Shown piece by piece: positions 50,854-63,472 of a stretch of 64,000 nucleotides of DNA. A program made the translations under genes and the position numbers. The stretch spans positions 66,634,462 through 66,698,461 of the forward strand of contig JARDVH010000042.1 in NCBI GenBank assembly GCA_030324005.1. The letters run 5' to 3'. Every line of letters starts with the position of its first letter. Position 1 is the first letter of the stretch. The notes beneath the pieces are model-generated. The model did no database searches. It saw nothing but the letters and a program-made list of their open reading frames with translations, and was not told the origin of the DNA. The DNA is from Negaprion brevirostris (taxonomy: Eukaryota).

Positions 50854-51545
50854 ATTTGACTAATGTTGGTGTGGATTTGCATATTTTAAATAAGTATAAA
50901 AACCTTTGGCTCTGTTTGCCTTAAAATATGATATTAGAGGCATTATAAATAATGAAAATAAATTAGATACCAACAGGGCTTGGAGGGCTGACGGGTCTGT
51001 TCTTTCTTTTTCTTTATACTTTAGTGTTTAATTTCAATGTCAATAAATATCTGCATTCCACTCCTTGGCAATAGGTAAATGCATTACCAAAGTAGTACAG
51101 AGGAAGCATGTTTGATTCCAAATATATACAATGTTGTCTGATCTAAACTAAAGTGGTACTAGGTGCTGCAAGTAGTTCACAAGTCCTGGACTAAAGAAAA
51201 ATAAACTTGTTCTTCTGTAAAATTCTGATTGACTACTTTGCTAGAAAGTGTATATTTGGAAATCACAGCAGAAGAGCAGGCTCTGGTATGAAACCTGGTT
51301 CCACAACGAGGATGGCTATTAATGCCTATAGTGTCATCCTAACATGAGTGATTGCCTTTGAGACAGAATGAGAGGTATTCTAATTACAAGATATTCACTT
51401 ACAAAATAACAGTGACAAAAAATAAAAACAATCAACTTAAATAAAAAGAATTTACAAGGATTGCAGGAATAAGAATACATGAAGCTAATGAATCTATCTT
51501 ACTATTGTTCTCATTGGATAAATCGTTTTAATTATCATTTGCTGT

Positions 51546-51636
51546 CAGAACAAAGAACAAAGAACAAAGAACAACACAGAACGGGAAACAGGCCCTTCGG
51601 CCCAACGAGCCCGCGCCGCCGTCCCATTGTCAGTGA
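51546..51636 (-). mobile_element. Young CR1 3' tail next to a gap
   Basis: (gaacaaa)3 then gggaaacaggcccttcggcccaacgagcccgc. Confidence 0.8.
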
Positions 51637-52318
51637 NNNNNNNNNNNNNNNNNNNNNNNNNNNNNNNNNNNNNNNNNNNNNNNNNNNNNNNNNNNNNNNN
51701 NNNNNNNNNNNNNNNNNNNNNNNNNNNNNNNNNNNNATTGGCCAACCCAAGTTGAGAAACAAATAGTGGACCTTTTCCTTGAAGTGCTGTGTTCTGATGA
51801 TTGTGTTCACATAATATTGTTAAGTATGAAATTCTTAGGATTTTGATCTACTAACAATGGTGAAATGACAGTATGCATCATGGGAACACCATCATCTAAA
51901 AAGATCCCTCCAAATTAGGATGATTTTGATGGAGAAGGAAGTATTGATGTTGCCATGATTCTGCAGTTGACGTTGTTGGTGGTGGAGGTTTCTCGGTTTG
52001 GAGTAACTGTTAAAATAAGTGGGGTGAGTTGCTGGAAGTGCATAACATCAGTGGTATAACTTTTAGATACAGTATGCCTGCAGTGGAGAATGGGTTATAT
52101 GGACTCCAATAGCAGAGGCAGCAAAGAATTTGACTCTCTTGTCCAGGCTACTTTTCAACTTCTTGAATGTTGTTCCAGCTGGACATATCTAGAAAAGTGG
52201 AGAATATCCCATCATATTCTTAATGTGAGCTATGTAGATGGTGCAGAACTCTAGAGAGGTCAGTAGGCGATCTATTCATCACAGAGTACCCAGTCTCTGC
52301 ACTGCCTTTGGACTTATT

Positions 52319-53611
52319 GGGCCCGATTTTACCATTGTGTCCGGGCACGAAAACATGGTACAGACAGGCATGAGGCTATTAATGCAATCCGCGCCTGCAT
52401 CCATGCAGATGGCCACTTTACTGAGACGCAGGAATGGCCGCGATCCAATTCATGCCTGAAACAGGTGCAATGACTATTTAAATGCATTTGCATGCATTTC
52501 AATTGAACTTATGAACTGCCGCCCAACTTTATCAGCATTTCCAACTCTATCACCGCGTTCGCCAATCCAGAATCGCGCCAAAATGAACATGCTGAATAGA
52601 AGTCTGAATTGGGTCTCCAGCTGCTGAAGAGGTGAGTTCAGAGCTTCCAGTGGCTCTCTGACTTGATCATTGGTGGGGGGGAGGCGAGTCAGATCATTCT
52701 CTGGTTGTGGGGGGAAGGGAGGAGGGCAAATCATTGTCTGGCGAGGGGGAAGGGAAGCAGGTCAGATGTACCTCTGATGGGGGGAGGGGAGTGAGGTCAG
52801 ATCATTCCCTGAGGGGAGTGAGGCCAGATCATTCTCAGGTGCAGGCAGGGAGGGAGGCCAGGTCATTCTCGGCGGGGTTGGGAGTGAGGCCAGATCATTC
52901 TCGGGGGGGGAGTGAGTCCAGATCAGTCTTGGGGGNNNNNNNNNNNNNNNNNNNNNNNNNNNNNNNNNNNNNNNNNNNNNNNNNNNNNNNNNNNNNNNNN
53001 NNNNNNNNNNNNNNNNNNNNNNNNNNNNNNNNNNNNNNNNNNNNNNNNNNNNNNNNNNNNNNNNNNNNNNNNNNNNNNNNNNNNNNNNNNNNNNNNNNNN
53101 NNNNNNNNNNNNNNNNNNNNNNNNNNNNNNNNNNNNNNNNNNNNNNNNNNNNNNNNNNNNNNNNNNNNNNNNNNNNNNNNNNNNNNNNNNNNNNNNNNNN
53201 NNNNNNNNNNNNNNNNNNNNNNNGGGAGGGGAGCGCAGGAGGTCCGCTGCCACTTTGCAGGCAGTCAGTGGAGGAGAAGGGGGCAGGGGGAGTCATGATC
53301 GATCTGGGTAGTGGGGGGGATGGGTGGATAAGGGGGACAGTTGATGTCTGTGGGGCGCCATCGTTTCCGCTTTTCACTCCTGGGTCATTATCTCCACTTT
53401 TCACTCCCGGGAGCAATCTGACACGGGCAGGTTTCTTCAAATTTTTTCTAACTGTGCATGCACGGTCCAAAGCTCTGGTCATTTTGGGAGCACTAGGCCC
53501 CACCCACAGCGCAATTCAAACTTGCGAATTTTTTTTCAGACTAAGTGCTAATGGGGGTGCCTGAAAGCAGATCTCCAAGTCACTTAGAATGAAAATGGTA
53601 AAATCAGGCCC
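52319..53611. mobile_element. Non-autonomous DNA transposon (PIF/Harbinger-like) inside an old Zenon-like LINE (~51760-53840, minus)
   Basis: TIRs gggcccgattttaccatt / aatggtaaaatcaggccc. Confidence 0.78.
52675..52935 (+). repeat. G-rich minisatellite inside the transposon
   Basis: About 8 degenerate units with core gggagtgaggccagatcattctc, running into a gap. Confidence 0.85.
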
Positions 53612-53846
53612 AATGTGTTATGCTTGGTCCAGTTAAGTTTCTGATCAGTGTTAATTCACATGATGTTAATGATGTGGGGGGGTGCAGGGGGTGGGGGGAG
53701 GATTCAATATTCATGATGTCACTATTGGCCAATAGGAACCCCTCTTGATTGGGACTTCTCTTGAGGAAGTTCTTTACCTAGTATTTATGTAGTGTGAATG
53801 TTATCTGCTATTTGTCAGTCCCAGGTGCAAATGGATTGCATCCATG

Positions 53847-53980
53847 GCTGGAATGTTACAGTCATTCACGCCAATGGGTTTTCCCATCTTGCTGCAGTGA
53901 ATGGAGATTTGGCTGGATGCCAAATTCGATTACCTCATTGCAGCAGGAGCATGGCATGAATGGCCAGTAAGATTACAGAA
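53847..53980. mobile_element. MITE, family shared with 18399 and 42177
   Basis: Core gctgcagtgaatggagatttggctg. Confidence 0.6.
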
Positions 53981-54004
53981 TCTATGCAAGAGATAACAGA
54001 GATT

Positions 54005-56201
54005 TTTAAAAATTCATTCGTGTAGGCATTGTTGGTTATGCCAGTGTTTATTTCACTTCCCTAATTGTCCTTGAGAAGCTGGTGGTGAGCTGCCTTCTTG
54101 AACTGCTGCAATCCATGTGGTATAGGTACATGCACATACTGTTGTAGAAAGAGGTTCAGGATTTTGATTCAATGAAAGTAAAGGAATTGTGACATACTTC
54201 CAAGTCAGAATGGTGAGTGGCTTGGAGGGGAACTTTCAGGTGGTGGTGTTCATATATATGTCTGCTGCCCTTGCCCTTCTACATGGTAGCAGTCCTGTGT
54301 TTGGAAGGTGCTGTGCAAGGATCCTTAGTGAGTTCCTGCAGCACATCTTATAGATAGGTCACAATGCTGCTGGCATTCCTTTCTGCACTCTTCATTGAAC
54401 TGTACATTGGCGATGAAAGCACTGAATGTTTATGGATGGAGTGCCAATCAAGTGGTCTGCTTTGTCCTGGATGGTGTCAACCTTCCTGAGTGTTGTTGGA
54501 GCTGCCAGTGGAAAGTATGTGCTCTGTAGATGGTGGACAGACTTTGGAAGTCAGGGGATGAATTACTTGCCATAGAATTCCTTCCCTCTGACTTGCTCTT
54601 GTAGCCACAGTACTGATGTAGTTAGTCCAATTCAGTTTCTGGTCAATGGTAACCCCCAAAATATTGATTGTGGATGATTCAGCGAAGATGGTTGGGTCTA
54701 GGACTGAGGAACTCCTGCAGCGATATCTGGAGCTGATATGATTGACCTTCACCAACCTCCACTATCTTCCTTTGAGGTAGGTAAGACACCAACCAATGGA
54801 GAGTTTTTCCCTTGATTCCCACTGATTACAGTTTTGCTCAATCTTCTTGACATCACATTTAGTCAGATACCGTCTTGATGTCAAGGGCAGTCACACTGAC
54901 CTCACCTCTGGAGTTCAGCAGCCCATATTTGAACCAAGATTGCAAAAGTTCAGGAGCTGAGTATCCCTGGTGCAATCCAAACTGCGCATCAGTGAGCAGG
55001 TTATTGCTATGCAAGTGTTGCTTGATGGCACTGTTGATGACTCCTTCCATCACTTTCCTGATGATTGAGTGTAGACTGATTGAGCAGTAATTGGTTGTGT
55101 TGGGTTTGTTCTCCCCTTTATGTACAGGACACACCTGGGCAATTTCCATGTTGGCGGGTGGTTGCCAGTGTTGTAACTGCACTGGAACAGTTTGGTGAGG
55201 GACGCGGTACATTCTGGAGCACAAGTCTTCAGTTCAATTGCCCATGGCCTTTGCAGTATCCAGTACCTCCAGCCGCTTTTTGAAATCACATGGTGAAAGT
55301 CAAATTGGCCGATGATCATCATCTGTTATACTAAGGAGGTCGAAATGAATCATTCAGTTGGCACTTCTGGCTGAAGATTGTTGCAAATGCTTGAACCTTA
55401 TGTTTTTGCTGATGTNNNNNNNNNNNNNNNNNNNNNNNNNNNNNNNNNNNNNNNNNNNNNNNNNNNNNNNNNNNNNNNNNNNNNNNNNNNNNNNNNNNNN
55501 NNNNNNNNNNNNNNNGCTGAGGTGCTCCTCCATCATTAAATATGGGGATATTTGTGGAGTTTCCTCCTTCAGTGGGTTGTCCAGTTAGTTGTTCAACACC
55601 ATCCACAACTGGATGTGGCTGGACAGCAGAGCTTGGATCTGATTCATTGGTTGTGAAATCATTTAGCTCTGTCTATCACTTTCTATTTACGCTATTTAGC
55701 GAGCAAATAATTTGGTGTTGCAACTTCACCAAATTCATACCTCATTTTTAAGTGTGCCTGGTGCTGCTCCTGGTATTCCTTTTTGCACTCTTCATTGAAC
55801 CAGGGTTGATCCCCAGCTTAGGGGATATGCCAGTCCATAAGATTGTGGTTGAGTACATTTCCAATGCTGATGGCCTACCGTGCCTCATTGTCACCCAGTC
55901 TTAAATTGCTAGATCTGTTCGAAACTTATCCCATTTAGTTTGGTTGTAGTACCACACAACATGAGGGGGGTATCCTTAATGTGAAAATGGGATTTTGTCT
56001 CCACAAGGACTGTATGGTGGTCACTCCTACTGATACTGTCATGACAGATGCATCTGCGGCAGGCAGGTTGGTGAGGATGAGTTCAAGCATGTTTTTTCCC
56101 TCTTGTTGGTTCCCTCACTTCCTTTTGCAGACCCAATCTTGCAGCTATGTCCCTTACAACTCCGCCAGCTCCATCTGTAGTGGTGTTAGAGACACTCTTG
56201 G
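54005..56201 (-). mobile_element. Zenon-like CR1-group LINE (APE C-terminus, RT, 3' tail)
   Basis: Minus strand reads VREPTRG...SDHH (APE), IAQVCPVHK...NYCSISLHSIIRKVMEGVIN...AQFG...TALDIK (RT) and ILGVTIDQKLNW. Confidence 0.82.
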
Positions 56202-57766
56202 NNNNNNNNNNNNNNNNNNNNNNNNNNNNNNNNNNNNNNNNNNNNNNNNNNNNNNNNNNNNNNNNNNNNNNNNNNNNNNNNNNNNNNNNNNNNNNNNNNN
56301 NCCCCCCCCCCCCCCCCCCCCCCGCAACCGGTTGAAAAAATCGAAGACACTAGTTCTGAAGAATGGTTTCTGGCGGAAAGATTAACCAACCGTTTTTCTC
56401 TTGTCATGGAATGGTAGTTGATGTACATTTCCAACTTTGTCTCTTTTATTTCATCTTAACTATTATTGGAACCACTGAAGTGCAGGTTATCGGAAGGAAC
56501 CTGGGCTCGCATGTGTTTGTGCCACCTAAATATCTGTCGGCTATTGATTAGCTTTGAAATTTTACCAATCAACTGGGTAGAGGTGAATACTGTGTCATTT
56601 AGCCCTCATATCGAGCCTGGCCATTGGAACCACATTTCCCCACTACCATACTTCCCAATTTTGAGTTTCTACACTTTTCCATAGAGGCACTTGCTCCATT
56701 GCCTTTCAAGGTGATTTTGAGTGATACGTCCTGTACATCTCAGTAGTCCACCAACAATAACCTGCACCTATACAGCAGTTTTAATGTACAGACGTCCCAA
56801 TGCAGTTTGCAAATTGCCACCGCAAAACATATGCCAAGAAAGATTAGGCCAAATGATTGAAAGGGGGTGAGATGGTGGCTGCGGTATTGGAGTGAGAGGA
56901 ACTCTTCAGGGTGAGATGCATTGCTGGAGGATATTGTAGCGTTTGGGTTATCATTGCGGGATTGCTAGTTGAAGATGTGGGTTAAAAGTTAAGCCTACAA
57001 GGACCAGAGCCAATGCCGATTAGCATGGACGAGCACTCCACATTACCTAAAAGGTAACCTCAGCCTGCACAATTGGTAGCCATAATGTGGAGATGCCGAC
57101 GTTGGATGCGCAATTGGTAGCCAGAATTAACTTATATTTCAACAGCGACTAGTTCTGTGCCTTAGTCGGGGTTTAGCCTCAAGCAGAAATATTTAGTTGG
57201 CAACAGCTTTACTTTACATTAGGAGTCATCAACAGTGCCACAGAGAGACATTTATTAACCAAATCCCCTTTCCTAATGCTTACTTTTAAGTCGTGCCAGA
57301 AACTTTCAGTTCTACAATTAATTGCAGCTTGATCTCAATGTTTGATGCCAGAGTAAATACCAGATAAATGAGAATAGCTGCCCTTGTCATCAAGGCAACA
57401 TTTGAGTCAGTTTTGCACCACAAGACCCTGAAAAACTCAGATCAATAGGATTAAAGAAAATTTTCCAATGACTATAGTTACATAATGCATACATTAATAC
57501 GGAAGATCATAATCATGGTTTCCAATCATTGCAACTTGGGAAATGCAGGACTTCCTGCAAGGACTAATCTTGGGCTTATAGCCCAAGCTTATATTTAAAA
57601 ACAGGAACAGAAATTGTCCAGTCAGCTTAATATGGATGGCAGGAGAAATAATGGAATCCTTACTAAATGAGAGAACATAAGAACATCTAGAAGTAAGAAA
57701 AATAATAATAAATAATCAACATGGATTCAAAAGGAAAAATTTTACTTGACCAACCCTGTTGATCTT

Positions 57767-58052
57767 AAAGTTTATTTATTCGTCATAAATAGGCTTACAT
57801 TAACACTGCAGTGAAGTTACTGTGAAAATCTCCTAGTCACCACACTCTGGTACCTTTTTGGGTACACCGAGGGAGAATTTAGCATGGCCAATGCACCTAA
57901 CCAGCACGTCTTTCGGATTGTGGGAGGAAACCAGAGGAAATTCACACAGATACCAGGAGAACATGCAAACTCTGCATGGACAGTGACCCAAACTGGGAAT
58001 CAAACCGAAATCCCTGCCAATGTGAGGCAGCTGTGCTAACTATTGTGCCACT
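57767..58052 (-). mobile_element. V-SINE tail type B
   Basis: Same family as 338-637. Confidence 0.85.
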
Positions 58053-58662
58053 ATGCAATCCCTCATGTACATAATAGAGGGTGGACAATGGTAATGTAGT
58101 TGATGTAATTTTTCTGAATTTTTCAAAGACCTTTGATAAGGTCCTCCATATTAGACTAATGAATAAGGTCAAATTGTGTGGAGTTAGGGCCAAATGGCAG
58201 AATGGATTGCCAGTGAATTTCAAAGCAGAAAACAGGCTATGGGCATAAAGGGTATCTATTCAGAGTAATAGAAGGCAGGATGTGGTGTTCCACAAGGATC
58301 AGTGCTGCTGTTTGCATTGTGCATTGACGATTTTGACCTTGGAGTCAAAAACCAAATTTTTAAATTTATCGTTGGCTCAAATTGGGAAGGATAGCCAATA
58401 CTGAGGAAGGCTGCAGTAAATTACAGGAGCATGTAAATAAGCTTGCAGAGTGGGGAAATAATTATTACTTGGGAGATGCATGTCTAGATTAGTTAGAGGA
58501 ACAAGGGGATTGTGAAGTACAAAGACACCAATCACTAAAAATTGTGCCAGACAAGGCCATAACAAAACAGACCAAGTGCTAGGTTTTATTTCTAGAGGGA
58601 TGGAATTGAAAAGCAGGAAAGTTGTGCTCAACCAACATCAAACATTGTCAAGATCACATTTA

Positions 58663-58787
58663 GGGCAGAATTTTCCCATCCCACCCACCACGGGAATTGT
58701 GATAGGCGGGGACAGACCATGCAAAGGTCACTGACCTCGAGCGAGAATTTTCGGCCTTGGGGTGAGCACGACTGGAAAATCCTGCCC
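58663..58787. mobile_element. Tourist-like MITE with TTA target duplication
   Basis: tta|gggcagaattttcc ... ggaaaatcctgccc|tta; a 3-bp TWA TSD is diagnostic of PIF/Harbinger. Confidence 0.85.
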
Positions 58788-59599
58788 TTAGAGTTTGGTC
58801 AGTATGTTGTAAGCAAAAGACATAGGGACACCAAGAGGGTGCAGATAACATTTACAACGATGATACAAGAAATGTATGGGTGCAAATGTCAGGAAAGGAT
58901 TGATAGGCTGGATCACTTCTCCCTTGAAAAAGAAGGCTAATTGAAGTGTTTAAAATTATAATGANNNNNNNNNNNNNNNNNNNNNNNNNNNNNNNNNNNN
59001 NNNNNNNNNNNNNNNNNNNNNNNNNNNNNNNNNNNNNNNNNNNNNNNNNNNNNNNNNNNNNNNNAATGAACGAATACAAGAAGAATGTTTACTGTATTGG
59101 GAAGAACATGATTAAAGGCCATCAGTATAAGGTACTCAGTAAGAATTCAATAGGGAATTGAGAAGAAACCTCTTTAACCAAAGAGTGTTAAGAATGTGCA
59201 ACTAACTATGTCAGAGAGTGGTTGAAGTAAATAGTTATAAATAGTAATAGTAAATGCAGTTAAGGGGAAACTAGGCAAATACATGACGGTGAAATGAAAA
59301 ATTGATGATATAGATTTTGGTGAGGAAAGTTGGGAGGGGGCTCAAGTAGATAAACACTAGCGTGGTCTAGTTTGACTAAATAGCTTGTTTCTGTGCCTTA
59401 TACCCTATTTTATCCAGGTTTAGCCATAGGCTAGTATGTGCAACTTCCTTGTTGGAGGAGTTTTTAATGGAGCACGAATTCAGCAAATATCCCTTTGCTT
59501 TACTGTATTACAGAGGAAGCATTACATCAGCTATCCACTAGTCCTCTGGCACTACACTTTGTTCTAATGAATTATCATTATCAGTTGTATCAAACCACT

Positions 59600-59814
59600 A
59601 GAAAGTCAATAGGTAATAAAACTGGATGGACCACTTGGCATCAACCTAGACACTAGAAACAATAACAGCAAACTTGGCCTTGTTGAGCCTGCAAAGTCCT
59701 CCTTACTAACATCTGGGAGCATGTCCCAAAACTGGCAGAGCTGTCTCACAGACAAATTAGCCATCAGTCAGATATAATCATACCCATGGAATCATACCTT
59801 ACAGGCAATGTCCC
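59600..59814 (+). mobile_element. Zenon-like LINE, start of APE endonuclease
   Basis: KVLLTNIWEHVPKLAELSHRQISHQSDIIIPMESYLTGNV (APE motifs I-II), cut by a gap. Confidence 0.65.
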
Positions 59815-62749
59815 NNNNNNNNNNNNNNNNNNNNNNNNNNNNNNNNNNNNNNNNNNNNNNNNNNNNNNNNNNNNNNNNNNNNNNNNNNNNNNNNNNNNNN
59901 NNNNNNNNNNNNNNNNNNNNNNNNNNNNNNNNNNNNNNNNNNNNNNNNNNNNNNNNNNNNNNNNNNNNNNNNNNNNNNNNNNNNNNNNNNNNNNNNNNNN
60001 NNNNNNNNNNNNNNNNNNNNNNNNNNNNNNNNNNNNNNNNNNNNNNNNNNNNNNNNNNNNNNNNNNNNNNNNNNNNNNNNNNNNNNNNNNNNNNNNNNNN
60101 NNNNNNNNNNNNNNNNNNNNNNNNNNNNNNNNNNNNNNNNNNNNNNNNNNNNNNNNNNNNNNNNNNNNNNNNNNNNNNNNNNNNNNNNNNNNNNNNNNNN
60201 NNNNNNNNNNNNNNNNNNNNNNNNNNNNNNNNNNNNNNNNNNNNNNNNNNNNNNNNNNNNNNNNNNNNNNNNNNNNNNNNNNNNNNNNNNNNNNNNNNNN
60301 NNNNNNNNNNNNNNNNNNNNNNNNNNNNNNNNNNNNNNNNNNNNNNNNNNNNNNNNNNNNNNNNNNNNNNNNNNNNNNNNNNNNNNNNNNNNNNNNNNNN
60401 NNNNNNNNNNNNNNNNNNNNNNNNNNNNNNNNNNNNNNNNNNNNNNNNNNNNNNNNNNNNNNNNNNNNNNNNNNNNNNNNNNNNNNNNNNNNNNNNNNNN
60501 NNNNNNNNNNNNNNNNNNNNNNNNNNNNNNNNNNNNNNNNNNNNNNNNNNNNNNNNNNNNNNNNNNNNNNNNNNNNNNNNNNNNNNNNNNNNNNNNNNNN
60601 NNNNNNNNNNNNNNNNNNNNNNNNNNNNNNNNNNNNNNNNNNNNNNNNNNNNNNNNNNNNNNNNNNNNNNNNNNNNNNNNNNNNNNNNNNNNNNNNNNNN
60701 NNNNNNNNNNNNNNNNNNNNNNNNNNNNNNNNNNNNNNNNNNNNNTGTCGTCGATTTTTTCAACCGGTTGCACCCCCCCCACCCCCACCCCCCCCCTTTG
60801 TTAAATTAATTGTGGCGATTTTAATTCCTTTTTTAAAAATCTGGTGAAGATTCTGAGACTAATTGTATTTTCACAGTTCTCGTCTGGTGTGGTGTTTCCT
60901 GCAATAACCACACTGAAGATTTCTTTTTGAGTGCTGCTGATATATCGGAAGGGAGTTAATTCTCTCTCTATTTACCCGTCCAGCGGCGGTGAGTTTGGGT
61001 CTGTGAAAATGTCACACCCCCATCCTCCAAGTCTTCGCCGTTATTCTGTGAGGATGGTGTCAATCAAAGCGCACTCCTCACCTCACAGCTTGAACTTCGC
61101 CAAGAAAAGTAATCGGAACAGTTTCACACACGCGTTACGACACTTATTCCGCATTAAATTGCGGATTGCCTACAAAAGTCAGATCGGAAAGCTTAATCCT
61201 AAAGCCGTGATATTCTTCCCGGTTTCAGCTCTCACAATAAATCTGATATATTTCTGGTTCAGTAGATGAAAACATTCGGATGAAACTTGGTGGTTCTTGT
61301 TGACCTTTTCCTCAATGTATGGTAACACATACCGTGCTGTTACAGCCTAGCTCCCAGGAAGGAAATTGGCACTTCTACTCATTCGTGATTGAGAACCGCA
61401 ACTGTGCAATGGTGACACTGAGGTATCTGTCCATGCAAAGTCACTCCTGGGACTCTCTCTGGAATATATCGCTTCTAGGTTTTGTTTAGATCAATGTTTT
61501 ACGTCGCCCTCTGCTACTTCTGTTGATTCTTATTCTGACGGTGAGAAAAACAACCCGACCATCTCTGCTTTAAAATCCCCTTCCTATCCAAAGTTAGAAA
61601 ACGATCTGAGGGAAGATTATAGCACTGGACATATTTCACGCTGACGGAGAATTCCCCTCTCTTCGATTCCATTTATACTCTTATTCCATTGAGAGGATGT
61701 ATCCCGCTCATAGCGACATGTACAACTCATTAACCGTCCTGATGACCGAGAGCTAACTAGCATGCTTATCCCAACGATACTATTTTTAAAAGGACGTATA
61801 AGAAATACGTATTTTCTTTCTAGTTAGCTCAATCAACTTCAGCAAAGTTGGAATGTGTGCATTGTGTACACGGTGCAATTCAACACATTTCTGACGGAAC
61901 TGAAATGTCTGTCGACGTTTATAATGACAATATCGTTTACCACTAACCGAGCTTAATAGTACAGCCTTGCAGATGCAAATGGCAAGATGCCGTATCAATA
62001 GCTTCTTCTGATTTGGTCCGTCAGTCAGCGCTCGACGGGTTGTTAACATTTCTGCTTCTTTCTGCCTATTGAAGAAAGGCGCCGGGATGGAAGAATAACA
62101 GAAATAGGCAAACCCTTAAAAATGACGTTATTCACATCTTGACATATTAGCCATAATGAATTGTTTGTTGGGTAATAACTATCTGTCCTCCCTTTATACC
62201 ACAGGTACCTCGCTAGCTGTTGACCCTCATTCTCGCTTTATCGGGCCGGATATTTATTTGAAATTTAAAATAAACTCCCAAGCAAACGCTGGGGTATATT
62301 TAAATGGCCCAAAATCTCTGTCCGGAATGACCCTGGATTTCTCTTTCTCTCCCCGAATATCTTTATTTGTTATTTCCTTCACTCGCTTGGTTTTTCTCAT
62401 TATTTTCTCTCCCTCCCTCTCGCATGTGTGAGTACCATACCTGCTCTCTGATTTGGGGCTTCAAACTGGCTTTTTTTCTTTGAACTTGGCTATTGGCAGA
62501 AAAGCTAAAGATGGTGACAGTGGCGTAAGGTGGTGTTCCGACAAAAAAGTACACACACGCGGAGTCAGTAGAGTTTATAGATTTCATAACCGTAAACCGA
62601 GTAACTAACATTTTGAACTGGTTAATGTAAAATTTTGCGGATGTTGCTGGCTTCATTTAATTTCGAGGCCTCATTTGGTTAGTGACTGGCGAGCCCAAAA
62701 CAAGACAATCTCTGATAGGAAATGCACGGAAACATACGATCTATTTCCG

Positions 62750-63070
62750 AGCTCCAATCAAATAAAGTTTAAAGCAACATAAATCCATCAATAGCCTGGG
62801 CTCAGCCAGCTGCACAGGTAATGTGAGCGCTGCAGAATCTCAAGGGGACCTTTTATCCTTAAAGAGAAGCTAAGTTGATATTTTTGTAACAGTCCGGTTT
62901 TTATATAAGCGCCGATATTAAACCGTAGCTTCAGCTTGAATGACCGGAGCCAACCGCATTATCTTGCTGTCCATTGGCATTTCCGCACTCGCTCACTATT
63001 CAGGCCGACTGCACACTGCGTTCAACACAGAAGCATCATCTATTGGCCGAGCAGTCCTCCTAAATAGGTG
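62750..63070 (+). promoter_or_regulatory. Candidate foxb2 core promoter (CCAAT boxes, TATA-like motifs)
   Basis: CCAAT at 62754, ATTGG at 62973 and 63042, TATATAA at 62902 and TAAATA at 63061. The TSS cannot be fixed from sequence alone. Confidence 0.5.
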
Positions 63071-63472
63071 TAAATGAAACTAGAATCGTGTCAGGGTTTT
63101 TTTCTCTCTCCTCTAGTCCCTGAGCGACTGTCATGTGATAATGAAGAGCAACAAAGCGCTGAAGGGAGCTGCAGGGGTCTCTGCATCTGTGATCACAACA
63201 AGGCTCGTTAGCTCACACAACACAAGTGTGCACTCCTCGGCCTCTTTATCTCCTAGCGAGACGGCACGGAGCTTTTTCAACCCGCATCTACAACTCTGGC
63301 ATTTTCAACAGCGCAGCACACGAGCAGGGGAATTGCTTCAACACCTTGGCGATCAGAGATTGTATGGAATCTTGTGCGAGGAACTCAACTCGATCCTCAT
63401 CAGCTCCGCTTCCAGTGCGAGGTGCTTTGGTGAATTTTGTGCTTGCTTGTTTCCCTTTCGTAGTTTAACAAC

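Larger units (their letters stand above)
57620..59410 (+). mobile_element. Old CR1 LINE containing a V-SINE and a MITE
   Basis: NQHGF, VDVIFLNFSKTFDKV and GVPQGSVL remnants, plus 3' end. Confidence 0.75.

Noticed and set aside
52675-52935. CRISPR-like repeat-spacer appearance
   Set aside because: The context is vertebrate, the repeats are degenerate, the spacers are G-runs and there are no cas genes. It is a minisatellite.
59786-60847. Long ORFs (and similar X-filled ORFs at 9496-9968, 31665-32087 and 52707-53564)
   Set aside because: They are artefacts of N gaps being translated as X.
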